The notes under the pieces were generated by a model. It did not search any database. It was not told the DNA's origin and saw nothing but the letters and a program-made list of their open reading frames with translations. Positions 12,053 through 24,550 of a DNA stretch of 64,000 nucleotides are shown here, in pieces. Source of the DNA: Tubiluchus corallicola (taxonomy: Eukaryota > Animalia > Priapulida); contig JAQGDQ010000204.1 in assembly GCA_030141605.1 (NCBI GenBank), positions 310,001-374,000 of the forward strand. Reading direction: 5' to 3'. Position 1 is the first letter of the stretch. Each line of letters starts with the position of its first letter. A program made the translations under genes and the position numbers.

Positions 12053-14374
12053 ACTCATTCACTCTTTCATGCAAATGACTTCACTGGAGAATGATATCGT
12101 AACACAGGACTCAGCTGCTAGGCTATGTGCTTATGTACTAGGCACTTAAATCTGTAGTATTCTTTTTTAAATGATCATTCCAAGAATAATAATTAAAGGA
12201 AGACTAGATGGTTTTTCATATACTACCCCATTTTCAAGTCTGATAAAATGTACACAATTTAACACAATTAATACTGAAAAAGCATTTCTGATAATTAAAT
12301 AATAGCTTAAAAATTTAATCAACGGCGGCCAAGCCCACCTATTGATGACACCACAAGCTAACATATTTTTTATTAATAGCAAAAATTAATATTATTATTT
12401 TATCAATATTCAACGAGCGCGTTGTACGTATTTGTGAAACGGAAAATTGAAGTACAGTGCTACAGTAGGATATTCAGTGTGCTGTACTAAAATTAGGTAA
12501 GCTTTAAGATGAAAATTCAAATTTCAAATTTATCGCTGTGCTCACGCATGAACTGTCGAACATGTGTAGTTCGTCGCAAGCAGAGAGATAATAAACTAAC
12601 AGCACCTGTTTTTGTGCAATGTGCGAATGGCAAAATGCATGTAACAGCAAAGAACTAGTAGCGCGAACGTGAAATAGTGTTTGCGTGGTAATGTAAGTTA
12701 TTTTTGAAAAAAAATAGTACATTTCCTTTCAATATTTTAAAAAATACATTCTTTTGACCTACAGTTTAAGATTGTGTCCGGTTTTGCTTGAGTAAGTGAG
12801 CAACAGCAAACTATCACCCTTCAATATTGGTACAAACGCTAAGGTGACCACAGATCCAATAAACTCACAATTATAGCTAATAATCGATAAAAAGTGCCAA
12901 GTACCAAAAATATTGCAAAAAAGTAGCAAAATATCCCAAATTTTGATAGCAGAATACAATTACGTGCACTTATTTTATTCTGGCTTTTTCTTCTCTTATT
13001 TCTGCGAACTTGACCCTTTTTTGATTAATTGAAGCAATTAGCCCTACTAAAACAAAATTAGAAGCACAAAAATGAGTACGATACTTTTATTAAAAGATAG
13101 GTGTCATCACATTTGCACTCAATGAGCAAAAAAGTCAGACATAAGTTCAATGAAATACAACCTGCAAATTTCCAAGCAAGAAAAAAGACCACAGCTCAGA
13201 AAAAACCCAAAAGCTTCAATAATACTGAGGCCAACTTAATCACAAATTATGCCCCAACTTGAATGATTAAATGATTATACATCGAAAACGAAGTGCAAAA
13301 ATGTTAGAAAACTTAGCACTGGTAGAAAAACAAATTGCTAAATTATATTCCATTATAACATTTTTACCAAGGTTAAGAGACCTAGTTGCAGCAGTAATAT
13401 TCAAAAGCACCAATTATGAGAAAATTAAAATGCGTGTGACAATACATATGCTAAAAATTCATATACATATAACCAAATAGAATTCTCTTTTTTAATATCT
13501 TCTTAAAGTCCTATTCCCGCATTTTTTTAACAAATGAAACGTAAATACACAAAGTATTTTCGATATGATCACAACATTTAGCTTTCAACTTCTCTTGAAT
13601 AATAACAATGCACCAATCTTTGTTTAATTTATAAATCATTACTATGCAGTTACATTTGCCATCTTTATAAATAAAAAAGACTACAACTAAAAATTCCATC
13701 AATTTGAGACTAACCTCCTTTCTTACAGTTACCTAATAAATTATTAAATATCAAAGTCAATGCAAAAGGAAAAGTTGTGCAAAAACAATAAACATTCCAC
13801 AAAAAAATGTTATTAACAAATAGAATATTTAGCAAGCTCATGGCATTCGTATTTACTATAGGTATGTGTACACAATATCTTGATTTTGAGTTTATTTGAT
13901 AAATAAAAAAATCATTTACAAATTTTTAACCCAAAATCACTATGATATAAGACAAGCAATCCACGTAATTATAAATAGAAAATATTATTAAACAATAAAT
14001 TAAAACTTGAAAACATGACAGAACATGGAGGTGCAGAACATGAAATTTGTTGTTCTTTAAGCCTAGTTTTGATGGCTTACAATGACAGTTGTATGTCTTT
14101 GCACTAAAACAGCAGCTTTACCGATGGCAGCAAATTACACGGTAGAGATATGACAATGACAATGTAGGCAATTTTTCTGAAAAAAATATTACCACATAGC
14201 AACAAGGGAACAGATAGACAAGCAAACCAGTGTTATGAATTAGTACTTAGAACAACTATATGTGACTAAAATTTAGAAGTAAGAACCATACAGACGAAAA
14301 TCCAATCTTAAAACTCATTTATCATGTAGCTCATGAATGAATACTAACTATTTGATTTTAATTAATCAACACAG

Positions 14375-15218
14375 TCAATACCACACTCCTGAGCCAGCAT
14401 CTGTTTCTGACAATACTTTATTCTCTAACTCTAAAATGTTTGCATAAAGATGATTCTTATTTACGTCATGCAGAACCTCTGTCACACTTTTTATCTCTTG
14501 ATTAATTAAGTACGCATGCATACCTATTTGACGAGCAGCGTGGTAGTCTAAATATACACTATCACCAACATGGGCAGCTTGGTGCGGCTCAACACTTGCC
14601 TTTTCTAAAGCATAATAAAATATTCTTGGATCAGGCTTACAAAAATCTAACTCTACGGATGGTATCACAAAGTCAAAGTAGTGCGCCAAATTTAGAGTGG
14701 ATAATATGCTGTGCAAGCGTTCGTCAAAGTTAGATATAACACCCACTTTAAGTCCCACATGCTTGAAATCTGACAACACTTGAGTTGAGTGAGGGAGAAT
14801 AGTACAAGTTGTCTCAGCTGCCTGATATGTCTTCCACAACTCTTGAGCAACAGATCTAAGATCATCAGTTCTTCCACGAAATCCTGCATCGTGGAAGGTA
14901 AGTAATACAAGTTGTCGCCACCAGTCCTTGCTCGTCATACCACTACGGTTGCCAAAATTTGGAAACTGGTGCCAGTGCTTGGTCCAGTTCTTCCGAAATG
15001 CAAAGTGAAGTTTGTCACTATTGGCTTCAATCCCATATCGTTCGGCAACATTAGCATAGTGTTGTCCAACAGGTATAGTCCACTTAATAATTGTATTGGT
15101 AATATCAAATGTTATGAGACGTAGCACAGGTCCCATGCTCACATATCCAACCGCGTCATCTTGTATAATTCTCAGTGAAGCCCAATGTGCTATTCTACCA
15201 ACATGTAATACATTTACC
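14375..15218 (-). CDS. HDHD3: HDHD3 / Reg-2-like HAD-superfamily hydrolase, main coding exon (internal ATG at 15136)
   Basis: RLITFDITNT (motif I, like the Reg-2/HDHD3 start), PVGQHY, FPNFG, VISNFDERL (motif II), KPDPRIF (motif III), HVGDSVYLDY (motif IV). Acceptor tttttcatttttag at 15219-15220; the frame stays open from the acceptor to the ATG. Confidence 0.93.
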
Positions 15219-15312
15219 CTAAAAATGAAAAAACTTAATGACTAACAGCAAAAAACATGCAATAAACTGTAGTGTCCTTCAATTTCCTGACAAAATTAGT
15301 ATTTCCTTTTAC

Positions 15313-15355
15313 CTTAGTGTGTTCATTAACAACATCAGTGAAGTGGCATTAAGTA
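15313..15355 (-). CDS. HDHD3: Candidate 43-nt HDHD3 upstream exon
   Basis: Acceptor cctgtttag and donor ag|gtaaaa; reads (V)LNATSLMLLMNTL(R), in frame with the main exon across a 94-nt intron. Confidence 0.6.
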
Positions 15356-16049
15356 CTAAACAGGAAATTTTTTTTGTCTATTAATTCTATTTGTATTTGC
15401 CTTCAAATTTTTGAACTTTACAATTTCAAATTGTGGGTAGAGCTGGCTGAGAACACTACGTGGCACATTCACACTATCATCAATTAGAGATCTATCATAT
15501 GCAGGGAGAATGCAGAGACTGAAATTACGCATCCCCACTCTTCAGAAGAAGAGATCAAATCACTCTGTATCGCATTTGTAAGGCTCTTACACATAGCTAA
15601 ACTAGATATTGGTTATAGTCTGTAGGAAAGGCTTCCTACCCATTGACCCTCCTATTATAATATTCTATAACCTATCCAATCTTGGCAAATGCATAGCATT
15701 GATAGAGTACAGTGGAACTGCTAAACCTAAAAGCAACTAAAATGCTTTTGCTTTTACTTTGACTTCATTTTACTAAAAAATGGTTAAAACTCTAAACCTG
15801 ATTAACAGTCTCTAAAACTTGGCTAAACTTGTGCATGTCTGTTTGCTAATCTGTCAAAAAGAGACTATCAGTTGTGATACCAAGCCACTGAAGTTGTGGA
15901 CGAAGCTTTGATTATGACGGAAAGCTGAATGAAGATGTGACTAGCCACAAGTAACCAGATGTTGGAGATGTAACTTGATCTGACAGTGAACTAGAAGGAC
16001 TTGTCAGAGCCATTTTGTAGTCCACGATTGTTTAGGATTGGAAAATGAT

Positions 16050-17420
16050 GAAATCAATTTATAAAGGAAAAGGTAACGAACAGTACATGTCTAATCAAAG
16101 AAGAATTTTTGTTACAAACAATATAAGTAAAATTTTTGAAAGAATAATCAAAAACAGAATCAGGGATACAAAAGACAAACTGCAGCAATACAATGGTAAG
16201 TCCAAAATTAAAAGTTGACATGTTGTGTTTTATGGATGATATTGTCGGAATAGGTAAAAAAGAAGTAATTGAAATAATGGTTGAAGATCGCAGAGATCTA
16301 GAAGTGAATGAGAAGTAGAATTTTAATGTGACCAAGACAGAATACATGAGAACAAAAATAATGAAGAAAAGAATTCCCGCTATTGATGAGAAGGTGAAAA
16401 GTGGGTGAATAAACAAAACACACGAACATAAATACTTTGGCGATTGGATGAATGTAAAAAACAGGTTTGGCATTTTAACTGAAAAACGTAAAAATAAGAA
16501 TAAACATGTGATACAGTACATAAATTTTATTGGGGATGAAACTAAATTGGGCATAAAAGCACTAAATGGTAGGATGCACTTATATAAGTTTGGCTTTGCT
16601 AGCTATTGTATATAATTCTAAAGGATAGACAGACATGAGGCAGTCTGAATGGGTTGAACTAGAAAAAATTCAAGCATATTCTTTAAGGAGAATGTTAATC
16701 GAGTTAGGAATATGGCTATTGCAAAACAACGTAGATTATAAAAAATTAATGTACTATAGGTGCATAATGATTCCAAGATTAGTAAAAGAAATACTAAAAA
16801 AATTGAATGTCGATTCAAACAAAGTTGGTGATTCAAGAAATGATAGAGATTGCAAATAAGTATGACATAGAAATTGAAACAGAAAAAGTGACGGGGATGA
16901 CAAAATCATAACGGAAGAGAGAAATTAAGTTCAAAATAGAAATGTACTTGCAGAAAGAAATAAAAAACACGATTGCTTAAAGTAGTAAACTGAGGTTTTT
17001 GAAAAACAATAATTGGGCATGTAAATATGTTAAAAAAATTTAATGTAGTCTAAAAGAAACCACTGAAATTATGAAAATCGGTAAGGTTGAACACGACAAA
17101 AATTAAGTGCAATTACAAAAACATTTGTAAAAATGATTTATTGTGTCCTATGTGTAGTTCATTAGAGGATTCAACTGAGCATCTTCTCAGCTGCAAAGAA
17201 AACCAAATGTTAATAATAAAACAAACAAATGCGAAGACAGATATGATTCTAAGCGAAAACTGGGAAACATTGAAAATAGTATATGATTTTACTGGGATTT
17301 GCATAAACCTCAGAAAAATTTTGGATAAAGAACTTAAACTCAAAAGTGATGAATTTACTTGGGGGGCTCATTCTTAGGGATGAAGTGGTTCAGCCGCTCA
17401 GCATATTCACACTTCATTCA
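16050..17420 (+). mobile_element. Decayed LINE 3' fragment (RT end plus C-terminal CCHC)
   Basis: Broken frames containing LCFMDDIV (RT active-site-like), HKYFGDW and CPMCSSLEDSTEHLLSC. Confidence 0.65.
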
Positions 17421-17424
17421 TTCA

Positions 17425-18050
17425 TCCAATGAATCACACATCCAGGGACATGATTCTGTTCTCCTCCTTATGCCAGGACGTCCTACTCGCTACAATGCCC
17501 CAAGTGCATTTATTTCTAAAAATCAGTGCTGAAGTGTTTAAATCTTTCTGTGCAACATCTAAATATGTTAACATTTGTCCTTCTGCACGTTTTTTAGCTG
17601 GTTTTATGCCTTGTTGAAGAGCTCTCTTCACTGGATTATCATCAGATAGTCTAAGCATACCCCCACCCAATCCATCTTAAACGATGTCTTTTTAATTTTC
17701 TTGTCCAGGGTTCTTCTTTTATTTTTTCATATAGATCTTAATGTCAGATTTTCTTTGGCCATCTGATACCCAAAATGTTTCAGTAATTTCGCCTTTGGAA
17801 CGCATCGATTTCAGCTTTATGATTTGCTTTTAATGTCCAGAGCTCAGAGTTGTACAGAAATACAGTTTCAACTAAGGTTGAGAATAATCTAATTTTTGTT
17901 TCTAAAGAAATCTTCCTCTTCTCAAAATTTTTTGTGAGTATCGAGTAAGCTCATAATGCTATTATCTTCCGTCTTGATATGTGGTCTTCTGTTGCTAGCA
18001 GACTACCGAGATACTTACATTTTTGATTCATTACCACTTCATCATCTCCC
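17425..18050 (-). mobile_element. 5'-truncated RTE-clade LINE 3' fragment
   Basis: KCKYLGS, VETVFLYNSELW, RLRWIG and GQMLTYLD in broken frames; (TGAA)n tail near 17415-17435; paralogous to 18056-18660. Confidence 0.8.
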
Positions 18051-21000
18051 TGGAGTCACACATCGTTTGACATGACCCTCCTGATCACTTTACTCCATGC
18101 TGCCCTGTCACCCGCAACCTTCCATGTCTCTGTACTTTTGATATCTAATGGTGTGTTGATAAGATGTTTTTGGATGAAATTGATATAAGTCAGCAGCTGC
18201 CCTCCTTGCAGTTTCTTTTCTTTCTGCGGTGCTTCTTTGAAAGCTAACTTTAATGGACTGTCATCTGGTAGTCGCATTACATGTCCTATCCATCTTAATC
18301 TTCTACTTTTGATTTTAATTGTCCATTCCTCTGCCTTGACTTTATTGTATGGATCTTGGTTTGATATTTTCTTTGGCCATTTTATTCCTAGAATGTTCCT
18401 GTAGTTTCTTGTTTGAAATGCATCAATTTCTGATTCGTGTTGAGCTTTAATTGCCCATAATTCTGAGTTATAGAGAAACACAGTTTCCACAAGTGCAGCA
18501 AAGGTTCTTAATTTTGTGTCTAAACTGATTCTCTTACTTTCATAAAATTTTGGTTAGTTTGGAATATGCAGCTAGTGCTAAGATTTTTCTTCTTGATATA
18601 TCCTCATCTGTTGCTAGAACACTGCCTATATATGTACATTTCCGCCACACATCATCTCCATTCCTTTTTATGTGATACTCTTCTGCTTTATCTTTATTTA
18701 GTATGAGATCCATTTCTTTTAATTTTGTTTCTCTTTTGATTTTGATATAATCTATTTACTCTTTGGTTCTTGCTATCCATGCAATATCATCTGCATATTG
18801 CAGGTCTATGGTTGTAGGAATTCCGTTTTATTAGCATAATTGTGTTCTAATTCTGTTGCCGATAGTAGCTTTTCTGAATCCAGATTTGTGGTCACAAAGT
18901 TCTTTTCTGGGTGTACTGTTCCTGTCCATTAATGCTGTTGCAAGGTAAAAAGTGAAGAGAACAGGACTTAAGGTATTCCCTTATTTTTGCAAAATGAAAT
19001 CACTCAGTCTGCCTTCACATCTAACACTAATTAGAAGATCTTCCAATAATATTGATATCACATGAATTTCATCTGGATTAAATATTTCTTGTAAGTAGTG
19101 TAGCAGTGACTTTCTTCGAACTGAGTCAAATGCTTTGGACATGTCCATGAATAATATATATTGCATAATCTGTTGAAGAGATGGCCCTTTCTGCTGGTAT
19201 CTTGCAAGTCTGAACAAGTTCTGTTGTATTTCTGTCAGGCTGGTGAGGCTGCTTGACTTTTAGGAATACACTGATGCAGTCTGTCATAGGTTCTGTTGAA
19301 CATACATATCGCTAGAACTTTTCTTATTATGGTTAACAAGATCAACGGTCTTAGATTTATTATTTGTCCTCTCTTTTTTCCAGGTTTTGGCAGAGGTATT
19401 ACAATGTCATTTTGAAGATCCTTTGGAAATATTTCTGTTTTCAGCAATATAATTTAATATCGTTGAAATTGATTTATAAAGTGCATCTGTTCCGCATTTA
19501 AGTAATTCTGCATTTATTTCATCAATCCCTAGACTCTTGTTGTTCTTTAGTGACCTAGCTGCATATTTAACTTCATCCGTTGCAAAAGGTGTGTTCATGC
19601 AATGAGATTTAGCTTTGTTAATTTTTCCTGCATTTTTATCATTGAATGCATTTTGAAAAAATTCTGCAATAACCTGCACCTGTTGATATGGGTCAGTAAT
19701 CAGGCCATCATTGTTTTTAACTATGATTTTCTTGTTTGATTGAAAGTTTTGTAATATTCTTATAGCTTTATAGTGTCTTGAAGAATCATCTTTTGTGTTC
19801 TCAATCTCTTCAGCAATGCTTTTTACTTTGTTGGCATTGATTTCATTTAGCATTTTGTGAATTTGATTAGAATATCATTTCTTTTTTCCTCAGTTCATCA
19901 ATTTCAGTTAGATTTTTGAATTAAACTATTTTTTCTGTCAGTTGTTTCTGATGGAATGATAATTTAACAATTTCTTCATCATTTGATCTCCTTCCTTTTT
20001 GTTCTTTGTATCCAGTTTCAGTTTTCTTTTAATTTCTATACATCTAGTGCTTTATTTGATGTGTTTTGTGCCTTATGTTTACCCACTTCAGTGACTTCTT
20101 TGCCATTACCAGGGAATGGTCCGTGTCTGTGAATGTGCCATAGTATGATCTTGAGTTGGTTACTAGTCTCGTATGTAATCTTCTGACTAGTATGAAGTCA
20201 ATTTGGTTTCTGATGGGATTTCTCCTTGGTTCGCCATTCTATGATTTTTTATTCTTATGTGTAGTTTGTCAAGTTGCTACATGCGCATATTTGTGCTGGA
20301 ATACTGTGTTGCTTGCAATTAGATTTTTGGTTACTATAGTTTCTGCCAATCGAATTCCAATTGTGTTCTCTTTGCATTTTCCATATTTACCAATGTGATT
20401 TGGAAGTTTGCTATGTAGCACTCCAATTTTAGCATTGAAATCTCTGTAGATTATCAAAATATGACTTTTTGGTACAATACTGATATAGTTTATCAAGCTC
20501 ATCATAGAAATTTTCTCTCACTTTTGGATCTTTTTCACTAGCTATTAACATTGGAGCAGTTACTCAAACATAGTTACTCAAAACTGTGAATTTCTTCTTG
20601 CCAACTGTTGCCTTTAGTGCAATTATTCTGATATAGTAGGCGCCACTTAATAGATTCACTTTGGGACCGATGTGTTTTGACCCAATTAACGGCTGAACTT
20701 ATCAACCGATGGGTGTAGTATTACACATATAGAGAAAAGTATGAGTCATCAGCTTACTATGTACTCCAAAGGTTTTTAATGAATTTTAAAAATGAAGTAA
20801 TGCCTGAATTCCTTTGTGCAGTTAAAAATTAAAAAATCTTACAAAATATTAATTTACGTAAGTGAATTAGCAATAAATTAAAAAGTATACTTTTCTAAAT
20901 CATAGATTTTTCTGTATGTTTATTTGCAAAAATTTGCAAAAATTCCTTCAAAGTCGACTGCTTCATTTTCTCGCAAAGAAGGGTGTGACTAAAACAGTTC

Positions 21001-21511
21001 TGAATCGTCTGCTCACTTACATTGCTCTTATTTGCTGTACAATGTTTACTCTTGTAAGTCACAAGGAATACTGGCTGAAAGCTGTACCTGCATCTTTGAC
21101 TGTTAACTCATTAAACTTGAAAGTGTGATTTGCAGCGAGAGCATCAAAAGGAAACTACTAGGCAAGTGATTTGAAAAATGTTTAGCTTCCAGAAATTCTT
21201 TGGGTAACAGATTCAAAGCAAAACCGCTAATTTGGCGTCTTAGAGCACGATAAACGTACCTGCTTACAAACAAAACGGTACTTAACATGATTGATTCTGC
21301 ATACATAGTGCACAAAAGGGAAGTAAAGATGACACAAAAGTAGGATGACATACATATATCTTGTTTTAAGTAGGTGCAGGAAAAATATTGAGTCAATTAT
21401 GCAAAGTTACTTGAGTCAATTACCGATAGTTTTTATGTATATTTGAATAGAAGTGCCCCGTTCCAGGCGTTTTTGAGTCAATTAAGCGATTTAGCCTATT
21501 ATTAACCTTGA

Positions 21512-22234
21512 ACTATGAACTATGAATTTTATTCCACACATCAAAATACATTATTATACACATAAATAAACAATAAATAAAATAATTTGAGTAGTGTGAG
21601 GTGAGTGTACGACCATACGGTCATTAACACACTCACCTTACTTAAATGAAAAAATTAATAAAGTTATGCGTGCTTTTTTAGATGACTCAATGAAAAAGGA
21701 AACATTAGAAAAACATAATATGTAATTACGATTTTGATATGAATATTGAAACAATTTTGAAATAAAGTAAATGATGTAATAATAGTATGAAAACATAAGG
21801 ACAACATAATATGGAATTACGATTTTGATATGAATATTGAAATAATTTTGAAATAAAGTAAATGATGTAATAATAGCAAGGAAACATAAGAAAAACATAA
21901 TATGGAATTACGATTTAGATATGAATATTGAAATAATTTTGAAATAAAGTAAATGATATAATAATAGCAAGGAAACATAATATATAAATACGATTTTGAT
22001 ATAGACTGCGATGAATGAATAATTCATTTAAATTGATTTATACATTTTACTAATAAAGTAACATTAGTAAAAGAAAAACATTAGTGCAAAAAGACACACG
22101 TGCACAAAAAGAGAAAAAAAAGCTCTAGTTTTCTACGCCAATGAATATTTACTAAGTAAAAATATCTTGTATTGTTTGGTAGCTATTTGTAAAGAAGGAG
22201 AGGAAATGATTGTATTGGGTACACTATTCCACAA
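21512..22234 (-). mobile_element. 5'-truncated L2/CR1-like LINE 3' end nested in the DNA transposon
   Basis: 9-bp target-site duplication TAACCTTGA at 21503-21511 and 22235-22243; minus strand reads WNSVPNTII; 3' stem-loop aggtgagtgt...acactcacct; short tandem tail aactatg. Confidence 0.7.
21696..22003. repeat. Tandem repeat, unit about 91 bp, about 3.3 copies
   Basis: gaaacat anchors at 21699, 21789, 21881 and 21972 with near-identical intervening sequence. Confidence 0.9.
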
Positions 22235-23120
22235 TAACCTTGAGCCTATTAAGCGGCGATTACTGTACTTACAATATCAAACGTACACGGGAAGTCTGAC
22301 AAATGAACAAACCCAACACCCGTATGTGAGATTTTCTCATCTCCATGAACAAATACTTTGTATTTACCATTCAAGTCAAAATAGTCGGGTTTCTTGTACT
22401 GTTAAAAATGATAATTTATACTTCTCAAAATAATTGGCTAAAGATTACTTTTTGACGTCAGTTCTAAGACCGCTAACGTTGAGTGATCCAATTCTAATTT
22501 CTTGGCATCTCATGTACTCTGATGAAATATTAAACCATTCTCCATTCCAAATACCTAATACATAAACTGGGAAAGTTGCAGGTAACAAGACGCATAGCCA
22601 TAAAATGACCAGCATAAAGACTGTAGACTTCAAAACTTATAGTTTGAAGCCAGTGGCTTGTCAGCACTACTTCTGATCTTAATCATAGTAACGACAATAC
22701 AAGTAATCTTCGCATTTCCTTTAAAAGTATTATGTGACTTAACTCCAAACACCATTCACCAAGAGCCCAACATGAATAGACATAATCACTTTTCAAGAAG
22801 GGTAAAAAGCAAATGAGTTGATAATAAATTCTTTATAACTGTGATTTGTTAGCGCAGTTAAAGGAAAAGGCAAGACTTCTGGGAAGTTAGGCTTACTTCA
22901 ATATCTGAGAGTTTCAGCAAAAATGTTAGAAAACTTCGGCAATACAACATAGACATAGACATTTTTATTTATCTCCTCATTTACACCATTATATACAATT
23001 TCACTATTATTTTTATAGTTATTGATTAAAAAGGATAAATTAAACATAAAGGAAAGAGTTAGGGGGTGTAGGAGAAAGGGTAGCGAAAGACCAATTGGTC
23101 ATCGAGGGAATACAAGGGAA

Positions 23121-23220
23121 TAGTTAAATGCCTTGTGTAATTAGTAGAAACTTAGAAGTCGCGATCATTTCACACTTGAGCTCTCCCATTTTGAACAGCC
23201 ATTTTTCCACCAGTGACGCA
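23121..23220 (+). repeat. Dispersed repeat end; an inverted homolog lies at 31880-31980
   Basis: ...aattagtagaaac...catttcacacttgagctctcccattttgaacagccatttttccaccagtgac aligns with the reverse complement of 31880-31980. Confidence 0.75.
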
Positions 23221-24522
23221 TGCATCATCACAGAAAAGCGTGCATTATCAATTTTATTATAATATTTTTTACAAACAATAGGTAGTTAATTTTGTACTGT
23301 GATCATTCTCTGTATTCAAGCAGTTTGACAGTACCTCTTTTGCTTTGTCTCTAAATTTTTTGTTTAAAAATGTAAAATGTTGTATGCTGTTTTCTGCCTT
23401 TGTTTTCGATATTTTTCTCAGGTGTTTAGTTCTATAGAATGCACTAAGCTTAAATGTAGTCTTTTACATGTTAACTGCCACCTATTTGTTGCTTGAGACT
23501 TTCTATCAACTTTAATTAGATGGTGGGCTGATTTGGTATTATTAACTTATAATGGTGATTGCTTCTTTAATATCGCCGAGCTAATAATTTTTTGCTGATT
23601 ATTCGGTATTAATTTACGTGTGTGTAGGAGATAATTAACATAATCTAATCTTATCTAATCTAATCTCGCATTAGGTAAGTTAACAGAAGTTTGAGTAAGT
23701 TCAAATTAAGTGGTGCATGCTTATGAAAACTCAAAATACACATATTAAAAGCCAGGAATTTTCAAACGAATCCATGGAGGCTAGAGGCTACCACACCATG
23801 CCTGAAACCAGCTATACAACGGTAGTATTGATCAATCTTGTACTCCATAGACAGTATTTTTACAAACTTCTTTGCTATATTTTTCTAAGTTTATGTGATA
23901 GCTGTAATAATTAAAATCAACCCAACCTGCGAAATAACTTATCTTTAATTTATTTTATAATTTCAAATTTAAGGGCAAAGCCATCATAAGAAAAATAAAT
24001 GTCTCAGTTTTCTTCTTTCTGTATATGTACCAAATTGTGTGTAAATGAGTAAGGACTGTATTGATGTCTGAATCGCGTTGCCACCAACAAACTGCACCTC
24101 TTTAAACTGTGAAAATCCATACAGTATTTAGGTGACTCAGAAGACCCAAATTAGTGTGTACAATTTGAATGATTTCTCTTATTCTCTTATTTTTCACTGC
24201 GGAAAGTGTGATATTACAGAATTTTCCAGATGTTTGATAAATTCTCTAAAAAGTTTCTAGAAGGAACGTTTCTAAATTGTTTAGAAATTGCAAAATTAGC
24301 AGCAAAAAAATAATATCATTATGTAAGTTAATATTACTTTAAAATTCTTATGACTATCTGTATTAATTTTAAAGAATTTTAATAATAATGCTTTGATGAC
24401 ATCTACTTGTCCGTGTCTAAGTCTAGCTAGCCTAGGTACAATTCCTGTTTTTCTAATTACTTTTCTAGCTAAGATAGTACTGATCCCAATTATCTAACTA
24501 CGCAACTAATTACGTATCTTAC

Positions 24523-24550
24523 CTTTAACTGATCTTCTACTTAACTTCAT
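24523..24550 (-). CDS. HDHD3: Candidate HDHD3 first coding exon (exon 24523-24559, ATG 24550)
   Basis: Acceptor gtttcgttcatttcag and donor ag|gtaaga; MKLSRRSVK plus 1 nt, the phase required by the 43-nt exon. Confidence 0.5.

Larger units (their letters stand above)
20634..22265. mobile_element. TA-targeting Tc1/mariner/pogo-type non-autonomous DNA transposon nested in the RTE LINE
   Basis: Imperfect TIRs tagtaggcgccacttaatagattca and (rc) cagtaatcgccgcttaataggctca, each flanked by TA; repeated subterminal tgagtcaatta motifs. Confidence 0.72.
18056..22560 (-). mobile_element. Near full-length decayed RTE-clade LINE, interrupted at 20632-22267
   Basis: APE endonuclease start IRIGSLNVSGL...VQET (about 22510-22385), then RIIALK and DFNAKIG. 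RT motifs GIDEINAELLK, LPKPGK, LRPLILL, FMDMSKAFDSV and QYADD; RTE signature YNSELW...RRLRWIGHVMRL; many stops and frameshifts. Confidence 0.85.

Noticed and set aside
21696-22003. Regularly spaced repeats considered as a CRISPR-like array
   Set aside because: Whole units repeat with no unique spacers, and the context is eukaryotic; an ordinary tandem repeat.
22649-22665. GCCAGTGGCTTGTCAG shared with about 9621-9636, considered as an HDV-like ribozyme at the RTE 5' end
   Set aside because: I could not build the nested double pseudoknot by eye; an Infernal or RNArobo search would be needed.
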